Part shown: positions 27,680-35,469 of the stretch, piece by piece | Layout of the letters: every line of letters begins with the position of its first letter | Position numbering within the stretch: position 1 is the first letter of the stretch | IMG/VR virus record: IMGVR_UViG_2974569193_000001 | Coordinates: 172,702-220,934 of that record | DNA length: 48,233 nt | Strand: one strand, 5' to 3' | Source: a virus | Lineage: Duplodnaviria > Heunggongvirae > Uroviricota > Caudoviricetes | Made by a program: the position numbers and the translations under genes | The notes under the pieces: model-generated | The model's input: the letters and a program-made list of their open reading frames with translations, nothing else | Told to the model about the DNA's origin: nothing | The model's database searches: none

Positions 27680-28023
27680 ACTGGCAGGCCCACCCCTACT
27701 ACGCCCAGTTGGGCTTCTCGCCTCATCAAGCGCGCTACTGGGATGTCGAGAAGGCCATGGTGCTCAACCTGTGGGATGACATCGGCCGCGTTGGCGGGCT
27801 CGAAGAGCCCAGCCACTGGAAGCTCGTCTGGCGGCCCTTGCAAGTGGGCCGTGAAGGGCGATATGTCCTGGTCACCGCCCAGGCGGGGATCGCCTACCCC
27901 ATGGCGTATCCGAAGGGCTATCGCGGCGCGATCGTGCAGATCGCCGCCGACGAGGACACCCGGCTGCGGCCGACGGCGCGGGACGAGACAGGGCGGGTTC
28001 TGGAGTACCGGGGCATCCAGTGA
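27676..28023 (+). CDS. hypothetical protein
   Basis: ATGA overlap. Confidence 0.75.
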   Translation: MNWQAHPYYAQLGFSPHQARYWDVEKAMVLNLWDDIGRVGGLEEPSHWKLVWRPLQVGREGRYVLVTAQAGIAYPMAYPKGYRGAIVQIAADEDTRLRPTARDETGRVLEYRGIQ

Positions 28024-28640
28024 AGAGCGATTGGCGCGAGACCTTGGCGATGGCGTTCGACCGACCTCTCCCCGTGGAGGCGCCGGCCGATCCCTATGCC
28101 TTCGACCCCAACGCGCCGCCGCTGATCCTCGACTTGACCCCCGAGGAGAAGCTGTCGCTGACCGAGTGCCGCTGGGCGGCGCTGGACGCGATGGGCGAGG
28201 TGATCGGCGAGTTCTGGGCGATCCCCCAGGCCGCCGAGGGTCTGGCCCATATGCTCTATCCGGGGCTGGCGGCCTATGCGCGCGGTGGTCATCGCGGGCG
28301 CCTGAAGGCCAAGCGCCTGCGCCGGCTCTGCGAGGCCCAGAACTGGCGCTGCTGCTACTGCCATGGGGCGATGCGGCTCCCCGACGAGTGCGACAGCCCC
28401 AACGAGCCGGATATGGCGACCCTGGAGCACGTGCATCGTTCGACCGACGGCGGCGGGAGCACCTGGGACAACCTGATCGCCGCCTGCCAGACCTGCAATT
28501 CCCATCGCGGCTCGGTCACGCCGCTCAAGTGGTGGAAGCTGCGTCAGAAGCTCCTCCCGGTCTGGCCCGCCTGCTCGACGATCACCGAGGCGGCGCGTTA
28601 CGCCCTGCGCGGCTATGGCCTGCTGCGACGCGGCTGGTAG
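28020..28640 (+). CDS. HNH endonuclease-domain protein
   Basis: CCYC...ATLEHVHRSTDGGGSTWDNLIAACQTCNSHRG (McrA/HNH-type His-Me finger). Confidence 0.9.
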   Translation: MKSDWRETLAMAFDRPLPVEAPADPYAFDPNAPPLILDLTPEEKLSLTECRWAALDAMGEVIGEFWAIPQAAEGLAHMLYPGLAAYARGGHRGRLKAKRLRRLCEAQNWRCCYCHGAMRLPDECDSPNEPDMATLEHVHRSTDGGGSTWDNLIAACQTCNSHRGSVTPLKWWKLRQKLLPVWPACSTITEAARYALRGYGLLRRGW

Positions 28641-28642
28641 GG

Positions 28643-28691
28643 TACAACCGTTTTTGGTTGTAAAGGCGTTTTACAACCGTTTTTGGTTGTA
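28643..28691. repeat. two identical 20-bp palindromes TACAACCGTTTTTGGTTGTA (28643-28662, 28672-28691)
   Basis: Exact direct repeat; each copy is TACAACC-N6-GGTTGTA. Confidence 0.95.
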
Positions 28692-28757
28692 GCGCGACTG
28701 TGTTGACGGGGTTACGAAAACAGACTAGATGTAGGGCCTCGACGACAACGCAGGAGA
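28688..28757 (+). promoter_or_regulatory. class A promoter (TTGACG 28703-N17-TAGATG), divergent inverted operator 28688-28705, CGACGACAAC 28740-28749
   Basis: Motif match. Confidence 0.8.
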
Positions 28758-28762
28758 CCCGC

Positions 28763-28951
28763 ATGCCCAAGACCCTCGTCCGCACTGGTGACCTTGGCCT
28801 CGGCTGGTACGCCAACAGCTACAGCGACGACTCCATGACCGTGCGCAATCCCGACAAGGGTCTGCGCATCGACCTGGAGCCCGAGAGCGTCGAGCGCCTG
28901 CGCCAGTTCTTCGCCGAGGCCAAGGCCGAAATCGCCGAGCGCGCCGCCTAG
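28763..28951 (+). CDS. hypothetical protein
   Basis: AGGAG RBS. Confidence 0.8.
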   Translation: MPKTLVRTGDLGLGWYANSYSDDSMTVRNPDKGLRIDLEPESVERLRQFFAEAKAEIAERAA

Positions 28952-28953
28952 CC

Positions 28954-29418
28954 GTGACCTCGCACGTCTCGTTCAAGAGGCAGACCACGGGCTTTGGCCT
29001 GACGCCGGCGCACCCGCCCGGCGTCACCATCGTCTTGCCGACGCTCTCGCAGGTCATCCACCCGCGCATCCAGGCCCGCATCGACAAGCTGACCGCCCAG
29101 TACAAGCAGGCCAAGGATCGCGCCCGCCGGCGCCAGAGCTTCAAGCTCCAGGCCCTGCTCGATGAGACGCTGCCGGGCAAGGTGGTCTTCCACCGCACCG
29201 CCGGGGGTTTCTACAAGGCCGACTTCACCGGCACGCTGGAGGAGTTCCAGGCCATGAGCCGGTTCCTGATCGCCCCGCTCTTCACCCATGCCTGGGGCAT
29301 CCGTTCGCTCAAGCCCCTGATCGCCGACGGCGCCCTGGCGGTCGAGGCGATGGACGAATATTGCCGGCCGCTGACGGCGCGCTACGTCGACAATGTCTGG
29401 ACCTACGATGAAGCGTAA
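28954..29418 (+). CDS. hypothetical protein
   Basis: GTG start 2 nt after upstream stop. Confidence 0.75.
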   Translation: MTSHVSFKRQTTGFGLTPAHPPGVTIVLPTLSQVIHPRIQARIDKLTAQYKQAKDRARRRQSFKLQALLDETLPGKVVFHRTAGGFYKADFTGTLEEFQAMSRFLIAPLFTHAWGIRSLKPLIADGALAVEAMDEYCRPLTARYVDNVWTYDEA

Positions 29419-29788
29419 GCGCAAAGCGGCGGTGGTCAAGCACGGCCGGCGGCTCACCGATCTGGAGAGTGGCGTCTCGGTCACCGAGGCGGAGGCCTCG
29501 GTGATCGGCCTGCTGGCGCGCGGCAAGCGTCTGAAGTTCGTCGACCTGGGCGACGACGGCTACTATCGAGTCCACTCGCTCTGCACGGCCGATCTCCAGA
29601 AGATGATGGAGGGCGAGAAGTCGGGCGCCCGCGTCTACCACTACACCACGCGCTTTGCCCGGCCCACGATCGACAGCCTCGTCGCGGGCGGCTGGCTGGC
29701 GCCGGTGCTGTCGGACGAGAACGGTCGGCCCCAGATGCTGGTCGCGCCAGGGCTGGCGGGCAACTTCCTCAGGGAGATGTTCGCGTGA
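29408..29788 (+). CDS. hypothetical protein, possible winged-helix
   Basis: EASVIGLLARG...RPTIDSLVAGGWL. Confidence 0.75.
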   Translation: MKRKRKAAVVKHGRRLTDLESGVSVTEAEASVIGLLARGKRLKFVDLGDDGYYRVHSLCTADLQKMMEGEKSGARVYHYTTRFARPTIDSLVAGGWLAPVLSDENGRPQMLVAPGLAGNFLREMFA

Positions 29789-30105
29789 GGCGCCTGCGTC
29801 ATCGCCCGCATATCCGTCTCAAGCGGGTCATCATGCAGATGAGCCAAGCTGCCGACGCAGCGCTGCTGCGGCGCGTCAACGGTGTCTGGATCGTCACCTC
29901 GCCGACCGGAGTTCACGGCCGCTATGCCGACGGTGAAGATGGGCCGACCCTGTCGTTTCACCTGGGCGACGCCACGCGCTTTCACCCCACGACCCTGGCC
30001 GCCCTCCTCGACATGGGCGCCTTGATCGCCGAGCCCTGCGCCTGGGACCAGCACAAGCAGATCATCGAATATCGGGTCCTGAAGATGGTTCATCGCCACT
30101 CATGA
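29785..30105 (+). CDS. hypothetical protein, possible winged-helix
   Basis: HPTTLAALLDMGAL. Confidence 0.75.
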   Translation: MRRLRHRPHIRLKRVIMQMSQAADAALLRRVNGVWIVTSPTGVHGRYADGEDGPTLSFHLGDATRFHPTTLAALLDMGALIAEPCAWDQHKQIIEYRVLKMVHRHS

Positions 30106-30434
30106 GCAGCGCCATCCATCGCCTTCGCAGCCTGCTCGACCACATCGAAAAGACCTTCCCGACGGCCGAGATCAGGCTGGAGCACCAGGGCGGCGACACC
30201 TACCGCGTGCGGGTCGTCGACTATGATGGCACGGCCCGCGTCGGCTTCTACAGCGACCGCGCCGCGCGCGCCTTCACCCGCGAACTGGTCACGCCTGGGC
30301 TTCAACGCCAAGGCATGCGCTTTCGCATCGGCACGGTGCGCGACGCGCTCAAGCGCTGGCCCGCCGCCGTACTCACGCCCACGGCCTGGAACGAGTCGCT
30401 CAAGCCCATCGACTATCGGCTGGCGCTCGCATGA
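30102..30434 (+). CDS. hypothetical protein
   Basis: ATGA overlap. Confidence 0.75.
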   Translation: MSSAIHRLRSLLDHIEKTFPTAEIRLEHQGGDTYRVRVVDYDGTARVGFYSDRAARAFTRELVTPGLQRQGMRFRIGTVRDALKRWPAAVLTPTAWNESLKPIDYRLALA

Positions 30435-30763
30435 GGTCCGCCGGCGCCCAGTTCCTCGACGTGGTCAACGCCATCGGGCTCTACCCGGATGAGCGGGCCA
30501 ACCTCCTGCATGTCGACGGCGATCGCTTCGTCCTGGAGGTTCCGCGCCGCGAGCGCTGGGGCATAGGCGGCGCGTTCGGCTACATCGCCCTGAGCCCGCG
30601 TGGGCATGTCGTGTACGTGGCACACCCGGCGCTGGCCAAGCCCTGGCGCCGGCGGACCTTTGAAGAGGCGGTGCGCACTTCGCCCGGCTGGCTGGCCCTG
30701 GAGGTCACGGCGATGGACCAGAACCACGTCCCTGTCGGCTACACGTTGAGGGCGGTGCGATGA
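30431..30763 (+). CDS. hypothetical protein
   Basis: ATGA overlap. Confidence 0.75.
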   Translation: MRSAGAQFLDVVNAIGLYPDERANLLHVDGDRFVLEVPRRERWGIGGAFGYIALSPRGHVVYVAHPALAKPWRRRTFEEAVRTSPGWLALEVTAMDQNHVPVGYTLRAVR

Positions 30764-31182
30764 GCAATGCGACCAAGCGTAGGAAGCTCCTGCGCTACAC
30801 CCAGTTCGAGCGCGCCTATCGCGCGTTGCGCATCCTGGCCCAGGACTATGCCGACCAAACCTGCGACGGCTTCCCAGGCCGCGTGACCCTGGAGCGCCGG
30901 GAGTTCGGGCGCTGGGTGTTCCACTGGGACGGCCTGCCAATGTGGGTCAACGACGACGCGGGCACGGTGCTGGTCGCGCGCGCCGAGTATGGCAAGCCGA
31001 TCGCCCACTTCACCTCGCGCACCGTCCGGGTCATGATCCTGGCCTCACGCGGCACGGTCCGCAGCCCAGGCCCCAACGCCTACAGCGAGCGCCAGCCGCT
31101 GGGCCTGCTGCTGCCCGAGGCCTGGGACGAGCAGGCGCGCGTGATCTGCTACCGCGTCCTGCCCTGCCGCTTCCCATTCTGA
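30760..31182 (+). CDS. hypothetical protein
   Basis: ATGA overlap. Confidence 0.75.
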   Translation: MSNATKRRKLLRYTQFERAYRALRILAQDYADQTCDGFPGRVTLERREFGRWVFHWDGLPMWVNDDAGTVLVARAEYGKPIAHFTSRTVRVMILASRGTVRSPGPNAYSERQPLGLLLPEAWDEQARVICYRVLPCRFPF

Positions 31183-31215
31183 CACCACTGTCGCGCGTAG
31201 CGACCGTCATGACGC

Positions 31216-31244
31216 TTGACACCGCCACAGGCGTCTATTAACCC
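31216..31244 (+). promoter_or_regulatory. possible promoter (TTGACA at 31216; AT-rich TATTAACC downstream)
   Basis: -35 match in intergenic DNA; -10 spacing imperfect; lacks class A operator and leader. Confidence 0.4.
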
Positions 31245-31284
31245 TTCTCTCAACGTTAATCGGCTGGAAGAAATTGAGGTCTAG

Positions 31285-31390
31285 GGCGCCGCTTACCCGG
31301 CTCCCAGGCTGCGAAGCCCCCGGACCCCATAAGGGTGTCGCCCGGAGGCGCCGTAGGCGAAAGCCGAAAATTTCTCGATAAGAGAGAAGG
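31285..31390 (+). ncRNA. candidate structured 5' leader or small RNA
   Basis: Several short stems incl. two GNRA tetraloops (GGCT-GCGA-AGCC; GGC-GAAA-GCC); hairpin overlapping the RBS. Confidence 0.3.
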
Positions 31391-31399
31391 AATATACCA

Positions 31400-32530
31400 G
31401 TGCCCCGCTATAGCGTCGTCGACAAGTACGTCAAGGGCAAGCGCCTGACCCAGGCCCAGTTCCGCCGGCTGATCGTCGACACGGTCGGCAAGGTCAATGC
31501 CCTCTATCCCGACAGCGAGGGCGCGCGCGCCCGCCAGATCGCCGAAGCCCTCGGCGACCCCACGTGGCTGGAGGCCGACAACCTCCAGGTCCTGGCCCAG
31601 ACCCTGGTGAACCTGCGCGGCCAAAAGCACCTCCACTCCCCGGCGCGCGGGGCCTACGTCGTCAACAAGAGCCGCACCGACATGGGGATGGACGTCCCCG
31701 AGCAGTTCGAGCGCATCTTCCACGAGACCCTCGTGGAGAACGGCGGCTTCGCCCAGACCAAGACCCTGATCGCCGCCCTGCGCGTGGACAAGGGGACCTA
31801 CGGCGAGCGGGCCGCCGCCCGCGTCCTGGCCGGGAGCGATCTCTGCCAGCCCCACTTCACCGGATCGGTCTGGGCGCTGCGCAACCTCCCGCCCGAGGAA
31901 CTCGCCCACATCCCCATGCTCGGCCGCTGGGTCAAGCTGCGCCTGCTCTACGCTTACCGCATGATCATGAGCGCCAAGAACCTCAAGGAGGTCGACGATC
32001 TGGCCGAGGCCGAAGCCAACCGCCACTTCAAGCGGGTCGGGTCGGCGTTCCGCCACGTGCTCGACATGATCGGCGCCGATCTGGTCGAGGAGATGCCCGA
32101 CATGCCTCTCCTCGAAGAGGCCCTCGTCGAAATGCTGGAGAAGCACCCCAACGCCGGCACGCTGCGGGTCGCCGCGACCGACCCCTACGAGACCTGGGGC
32201 GCTGAGTACGCCCGGCTGAAAGCCAAGGGCTGGACCGACGCCGAGATCGACGACAAGCGCCAATCCGTCCTGGACGGCCTGCTCTTCACCATGTTCGACT
32301 GGTTCTGCGACGGCGACCCCTTCGCCCACGCGGTCGCGCCGATCGGCTTCTACACGGCCTTCGCCGACTTCGCCGGCCTGGACGCGGCGCAACTCAGCCG
32401 GGGGATCATGGAGTGGAACCTCCAGGAGACCTCATGGATGAAGAGCCGCCTCGCCAAAGCGCCCGCCATCTGGGAGGCCTTCCCCGAGTACGCCGATTTG
32501 GCCGGCTCGGCGGAAAAGCAGGAAGCCTGA
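31400..32530 (+). CDS. 376-aa protein, candidate multi-HTH regulator
   Basis: AGAAGGA RBS + GTG; ARQIAEALG...LVNL and FADFAGLDAAQLSRG resemble HTH motifs. Confidence 0.8.
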   Translation: MPRYSVVDKYVKGKRLTQAQFRRLIVDTVGKVNALYPDSEGARARQIAEALGDPTWLEADNLQVLAQTLVNLRGQKHLHSPARGAYVVNKSRTDMGMDVPEQFERIFHETLVENGGFAQTKTLIAALRVDKGTYGERAAARVLAGSDLCQPHFTGSVWALRNLPPEELAHIPMLGRWVKLRLLYAYRMIMSAKNLKEVDDLAEAEANRHFKRVGSAFRHVLDMIGADLVEEMPDMPLLEEALVEMLEKHPNAGTLRVAATDPYETWGAEYARLKAKGWTDAEIDDKRQSVLDGLLFTMFDWFCDGDPFAHAVAPIGFYTAFADFAGLDAAQLSRGIMEWNLQETSWMKSRLAKAPAIWEAFPEYADLAGSAEKQEA

Positions 32531-32539
32531 GCCTACCCC

Positions 32540-32780
32540 TCCTCTAGTTCAATAGCATGCTAGTTTTAAGGAGTATCTTATTAATAAGGCCTCTTAGGGG
32601 GAGAGGCCATCCACCCCTAACCTCTTTAGCAAAGTATGCTGTTTCTAATGAGTATCATATTAATCCATATCCACCTCTAACATAACTATCATTATATATA
32701 TCATTCTTTCCTACTACTTGGGGGTATAGCTCCTCCTCTAACTGAAAAGGGTGAGTGGTTTGGTAGAGTTTTAGGAGAAT
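32540..32780. other. AT-rich non-coding region with imperfect direct repeats (candidate replication origin)
   Basis: GAGTATCWTATTAAT at 32571 and 32650; ATCCACCYCTAAC at 32609 and 32669; hairpin 32588-32608. Confidence 0.45.
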
Positions 32781-33017
32781 AGGGCGGACAGTCTGAAAAT
32801 CCCGCAGGGACCACCGCGATCGACGGTCCTACTCGGGAATACCCGGCGGCTCTACCTCGCCCTACCTGAGCGATCCCGTCGCCCGACCCGGAACAACGCC
32901 GGCCATACCCGAAACAACGCTCTGCCCTAGCCTGACCCCGATACCCAGTAGCCGGCGACGAGACGTCCAGCGCCCGGAGGGAGAGCGCAGCGATTTCAGT
33001 CCGCGTCGGCGGGGGAG

Positions 33018-33046
33018 TTGACAGTCGTGGTTAACGACGCTAGATG
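33018..33046 (+). promoter_or_regulatory. sigma70-type promoter TTGACA-N17-TAGATG upstream of the packaging gene cluster
   Basis: Consensus spacing; no class A operator or leader. Confidence 0.6.
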
Positions 33047-33126
33047 TCGTGAATCTTGACATGCGGTGGTCTGCATGAGAGACATGGTTAACGAGATGGA
33101 CCCACTTGGTCTCTCGGGAGCCGCTC

Positions 33127-33837
33127 ATGATCACCGCCCCTACCCTGCGTTCGACCAACCCCCAAGACCCGCGCCCGACCCATGTCGACCGCGATGTCCA
33201 GGTGCTGGCCATCAGCACGGCCCTGCCGGCGATCCTCGACTGGGCGCGCCTGCATCAGCCGGGCTTCGACGAGGCCCACGCCGAGCACGCCCTGATCATC
33301 GCCCTCGAACTGGGCGGCGCGGACGCCTTCCGCATGGGGGTGGTGCTGGGCACGAAGTTCAACTGGCCGGTCGACTACACCCTGGTCCGGGCGATGAGCG
33401 CGGTGGTCGAGGCCCTGCCCACCGCCTACCGGGCGGTGACCGGCCGCTGGGTCGCCCGCACCGGCATCCGCTTCCCGGCCAAGGAAGGCGACACCATCGA
33501 GTTCTTCTCGGCCGCCGGCAAGCGCCTCGTTGGTAAGGTGGTGGGCGTGAGCGCCCTGACCGCCACCGCCTACGTCCAGCCCTCCAACGGGACCGAGTTC
33601 ACCAATCCGCCGATCGAGATCGCCGCCGAGGCGGTGGTCGCCAACGTCACCCAGAACCGGTTCACGCCCGAGACCCCGATCCTGGGCGCGACCTACGTCG
33701 ATGCGCCCGCCCTCGGCCGCGCCGCTGAAGCCGCCAGGGCCAAGATGACCGCCGGCGCGGCTTCGCCGAAGACCCCGCCGCCCTTCCCGCATCTCACCGA
33801 CTTCCGGCCGGACCCTGACGGGCCGGCGATCGCCTAG
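33127..33837 (+). CDS. hypothetical protein
   Basis: GGGAG RBS, ATG 33127. Confidence 0.8.
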   Translation: MITAPTLRSTNPQDPRPTHVDRDVQVLAISTALPAILDWARLHQPGFDEAHAEHALIIALELGGADAFRMGVVLGTKFNWPVDYTLVRAMSAVVEALPTAYRAVTGRWVARTGIRFPAKEGDTIEFFSAAGKRLVGKVVGVSALTATAYVQPSNGTEFTNPPIEIAAEAVVANVTQNRFTPETPILGATYVDAPALGRAAEAARAKMTAGAASPKTPPPFPHLTDFRPDPDGPAIA

Positions 33838-33858
33838 GGACGCCCCGCGAGCACGACC

Positions 33859-34035
33859 ATGAGCCTTTCCTACATCGACGACCCCGAGGAGTGCATCAAG
33901 GACGCGCTCGACCTCGACCTGCACGAGGTGGCGGTGGTCTGCCGCGACGCGTCGGGCGAACTCTACGTCCTGACCAACATCAAGGGCCGGCGCCTGGAGC
34001 GCCTGATGGCCGACGGCGTGGATGTCACCGAATGA
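33859..34035 (+). CDS. small hypothetical protein (58 aa, below ORF-track cutoff)
   Basis: MSLSYIDDPEEC...GVDVTE; ATGA overlap with next gene. Confidence 0.7.
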   Translation: MSLSYIDDPEECIKDALDLDLHEVAVVCRDASGELYVLTNIKGRRLERLMADGVDVTE

Positions 34036-34307
34036 TCGCCGCCCATCAACGCCCCTGCATGACGCCCGGCTGTCACTACCACATCCACGACAGCCCCGGC
34101 CGCATCCAGATCACCATCGACCTGCCGGCCGGCGTGTCGCTGAAGACCAACCAGCACGAGGTGCTGCACCTGATGGCCGAGATGGGCGTCGCCGCCGCGC
34201 TCACCAACGACGGGCAGGTCGACCGCGTCGATCTGACGGCCATCCGCCTGCATCAGGCCGCCTTTGAGCGGATCGAGGCCGAAGACAACCCTGGCGGTGG
34301 TGCATGA
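34032..34307 (+). CDS. hypothetical protein
   Basis: ATGA overlaps at both ends. Confidence 0.7.
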   Translation: MIAAHQRPCMTPGCHYHIHDSPGRIQITIDLPAGVSLKTNQHEVLHLMAEMGVAAALTNDGQVDRVDLTAIRLHQAAFERIEAEDNPGGGA

Positions 34308-34819
34308 AGATCATCGGCGTCGACCCTGGCATCTCCGGCGGCGTGGTGATGCTCGACACCGAGGCCTGCCTGCTGACGGTCGCCGACATGCCCACCGAGC
34401 CCTCGACCAAGGGTCGCCGGCTCGCCTCATCGGCCCTGCTGACCGTCTTCCTGCATGACGTCCAGCCCGATCACATCTTCCTCGAAGAGGTCGGGGTTCG
34501 GCCCGGCGAGGGCGCGGTCGGGGCCTTCTCGTTCGGTCGCGGCCTGGGACGCCTGGAGGGCGTGGCCGCCGGCACCCAAACGGCCCTGACCACGGTCACC
34601 CCACAGGAGTGGAAGCGCGTCACCAAGACGCCGGCCGACAAGAAGCGCGCCATCGCCCGCGCCTACCAACTCTTCCCCCGCTGCGTGAAGCTCTTCCAGG
34701 GGCCGCGCGGAGGTGAAAAAGACGGGCGCGCCGAAGCCGCCCTGATCGCCTTCTATGGGGCGATGAAGCTCGGCGTCGTCCCCAAAGCCCCCATCGAACC
34801 GGCGGAGTTCCCGGCTTGA
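34304..34819 (+). CDS. ruvC: RuvC-like Holliday junction resolvase
   Basis: IIGVDPG, FLEE, AFSFG, P..WK, DGRAEAALIA acidic catalytic pattern. Confidence 0.88.
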   Translation: MKIIGVDPGISGGVVMLDTEACLLTVADMPTEPSTKGRRLASSALLTVFLHDVQPDHIFLEEVGVRPGEGAVGAFSFGRGLGRLEGVAAGTQTALTTVTPQEWKRVTKTPADKKRAIARAYQLFPRCVKLFQGPRGGEKDGRAEAALIAFYGAMKLGVVPKAPIEPAEFPA

Positions 34820-35469
34820 CCCAGCCTCAGTACCTGACGCGCACGCAGCTTCCCCGTCGGCGCCTCGCTCTTCGCCGGCTCCCCCATGGGCGGTCCGGGC
34901 CGATCCCGACCTATGACGGCGACTACTCGTTCACCGCCGATCACCTGATCGACGATCCGCGCGAGCCCAACATCGTGCCGCTTGGCCTGCTGGACGCGCG
35001 CGGCGAGGAGTTGCTGAAGGTCCACATGCCCATCAAGGTCAAAATGGGTTTCGCCCTGCCGCCGTCCGACCGCGACACCGCCGACGAGGTGGTCGCCTAC
35101 GTGCCCGAGAGCCAGCTTATCGTCTCCGACATCGGCCTGGGCCAGGGCTACGTGACGCCCAAGGAAGCCGATGAGGCCGAAGACCTGGAAGCCGAAGACG
35201 ACGAGGACGAGGAAGACGGCGAGACCACTGTGTCGATCCGCATCCCCGCCACCGAGGGCGTCATCGCCGCGCACGGCCTGATGCAGGCGGCGGCCGAGGC
35301 GGTCGCTGATCAGGTCACCGCCATGCACGTGGCCTTGACCCCCGAGGGCCTCATCGTCCTGCGCGGTCTGGCCTCGGCTCAGACCGATGCCTTGATCGCC
35401 TTCCTCCAGGCCGCTCACGCCGCGCGCCAGGAGGTGGAGAAGGAGCCGGCCGGTGGCGGACAAGCCTGA
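34816..35469 (+). CDS. hypothetical protein with acidic tract
   Basis: TTGA overlap; EADEAEDLEAEDDEDEEDGE. Confidence 0.7.
   Translation: MTQPQYLTRTQLPRRRLALRRLPHGRSGPIPTYDGDYSFTADHLIDDPREPNIVPLGLLDARGEELLKVHMPIKVKMGFALPPSDRDTADEVVAYVPESQLIVSDIGLGQGYVTPKEADEAEDLEAEDDEDEEDGETTVSIRIPATEGVIAAHGLMQAAAEAVADQVTAMHVALTPEGLIVLRGLASAQTDALIAFLQAAHAARQEVEKEPAGGGQA

Noticed and set aside
2733-28705. Inverted operator TGGC...TTGA read as a sigma54 promoter
   Set aside because: Sigma54 needs TGGC-N7-TTGC; here the gap is 9 nt and the second box is TTGA.
31285-31375. Hammerhead ribozyme or c-di-GMP riboswitch in the 31.3 kb leader
   Set aside because: No CTGANGA core and no GEMM conserved segments; kept only as an unclassified structured-RNA candidate.
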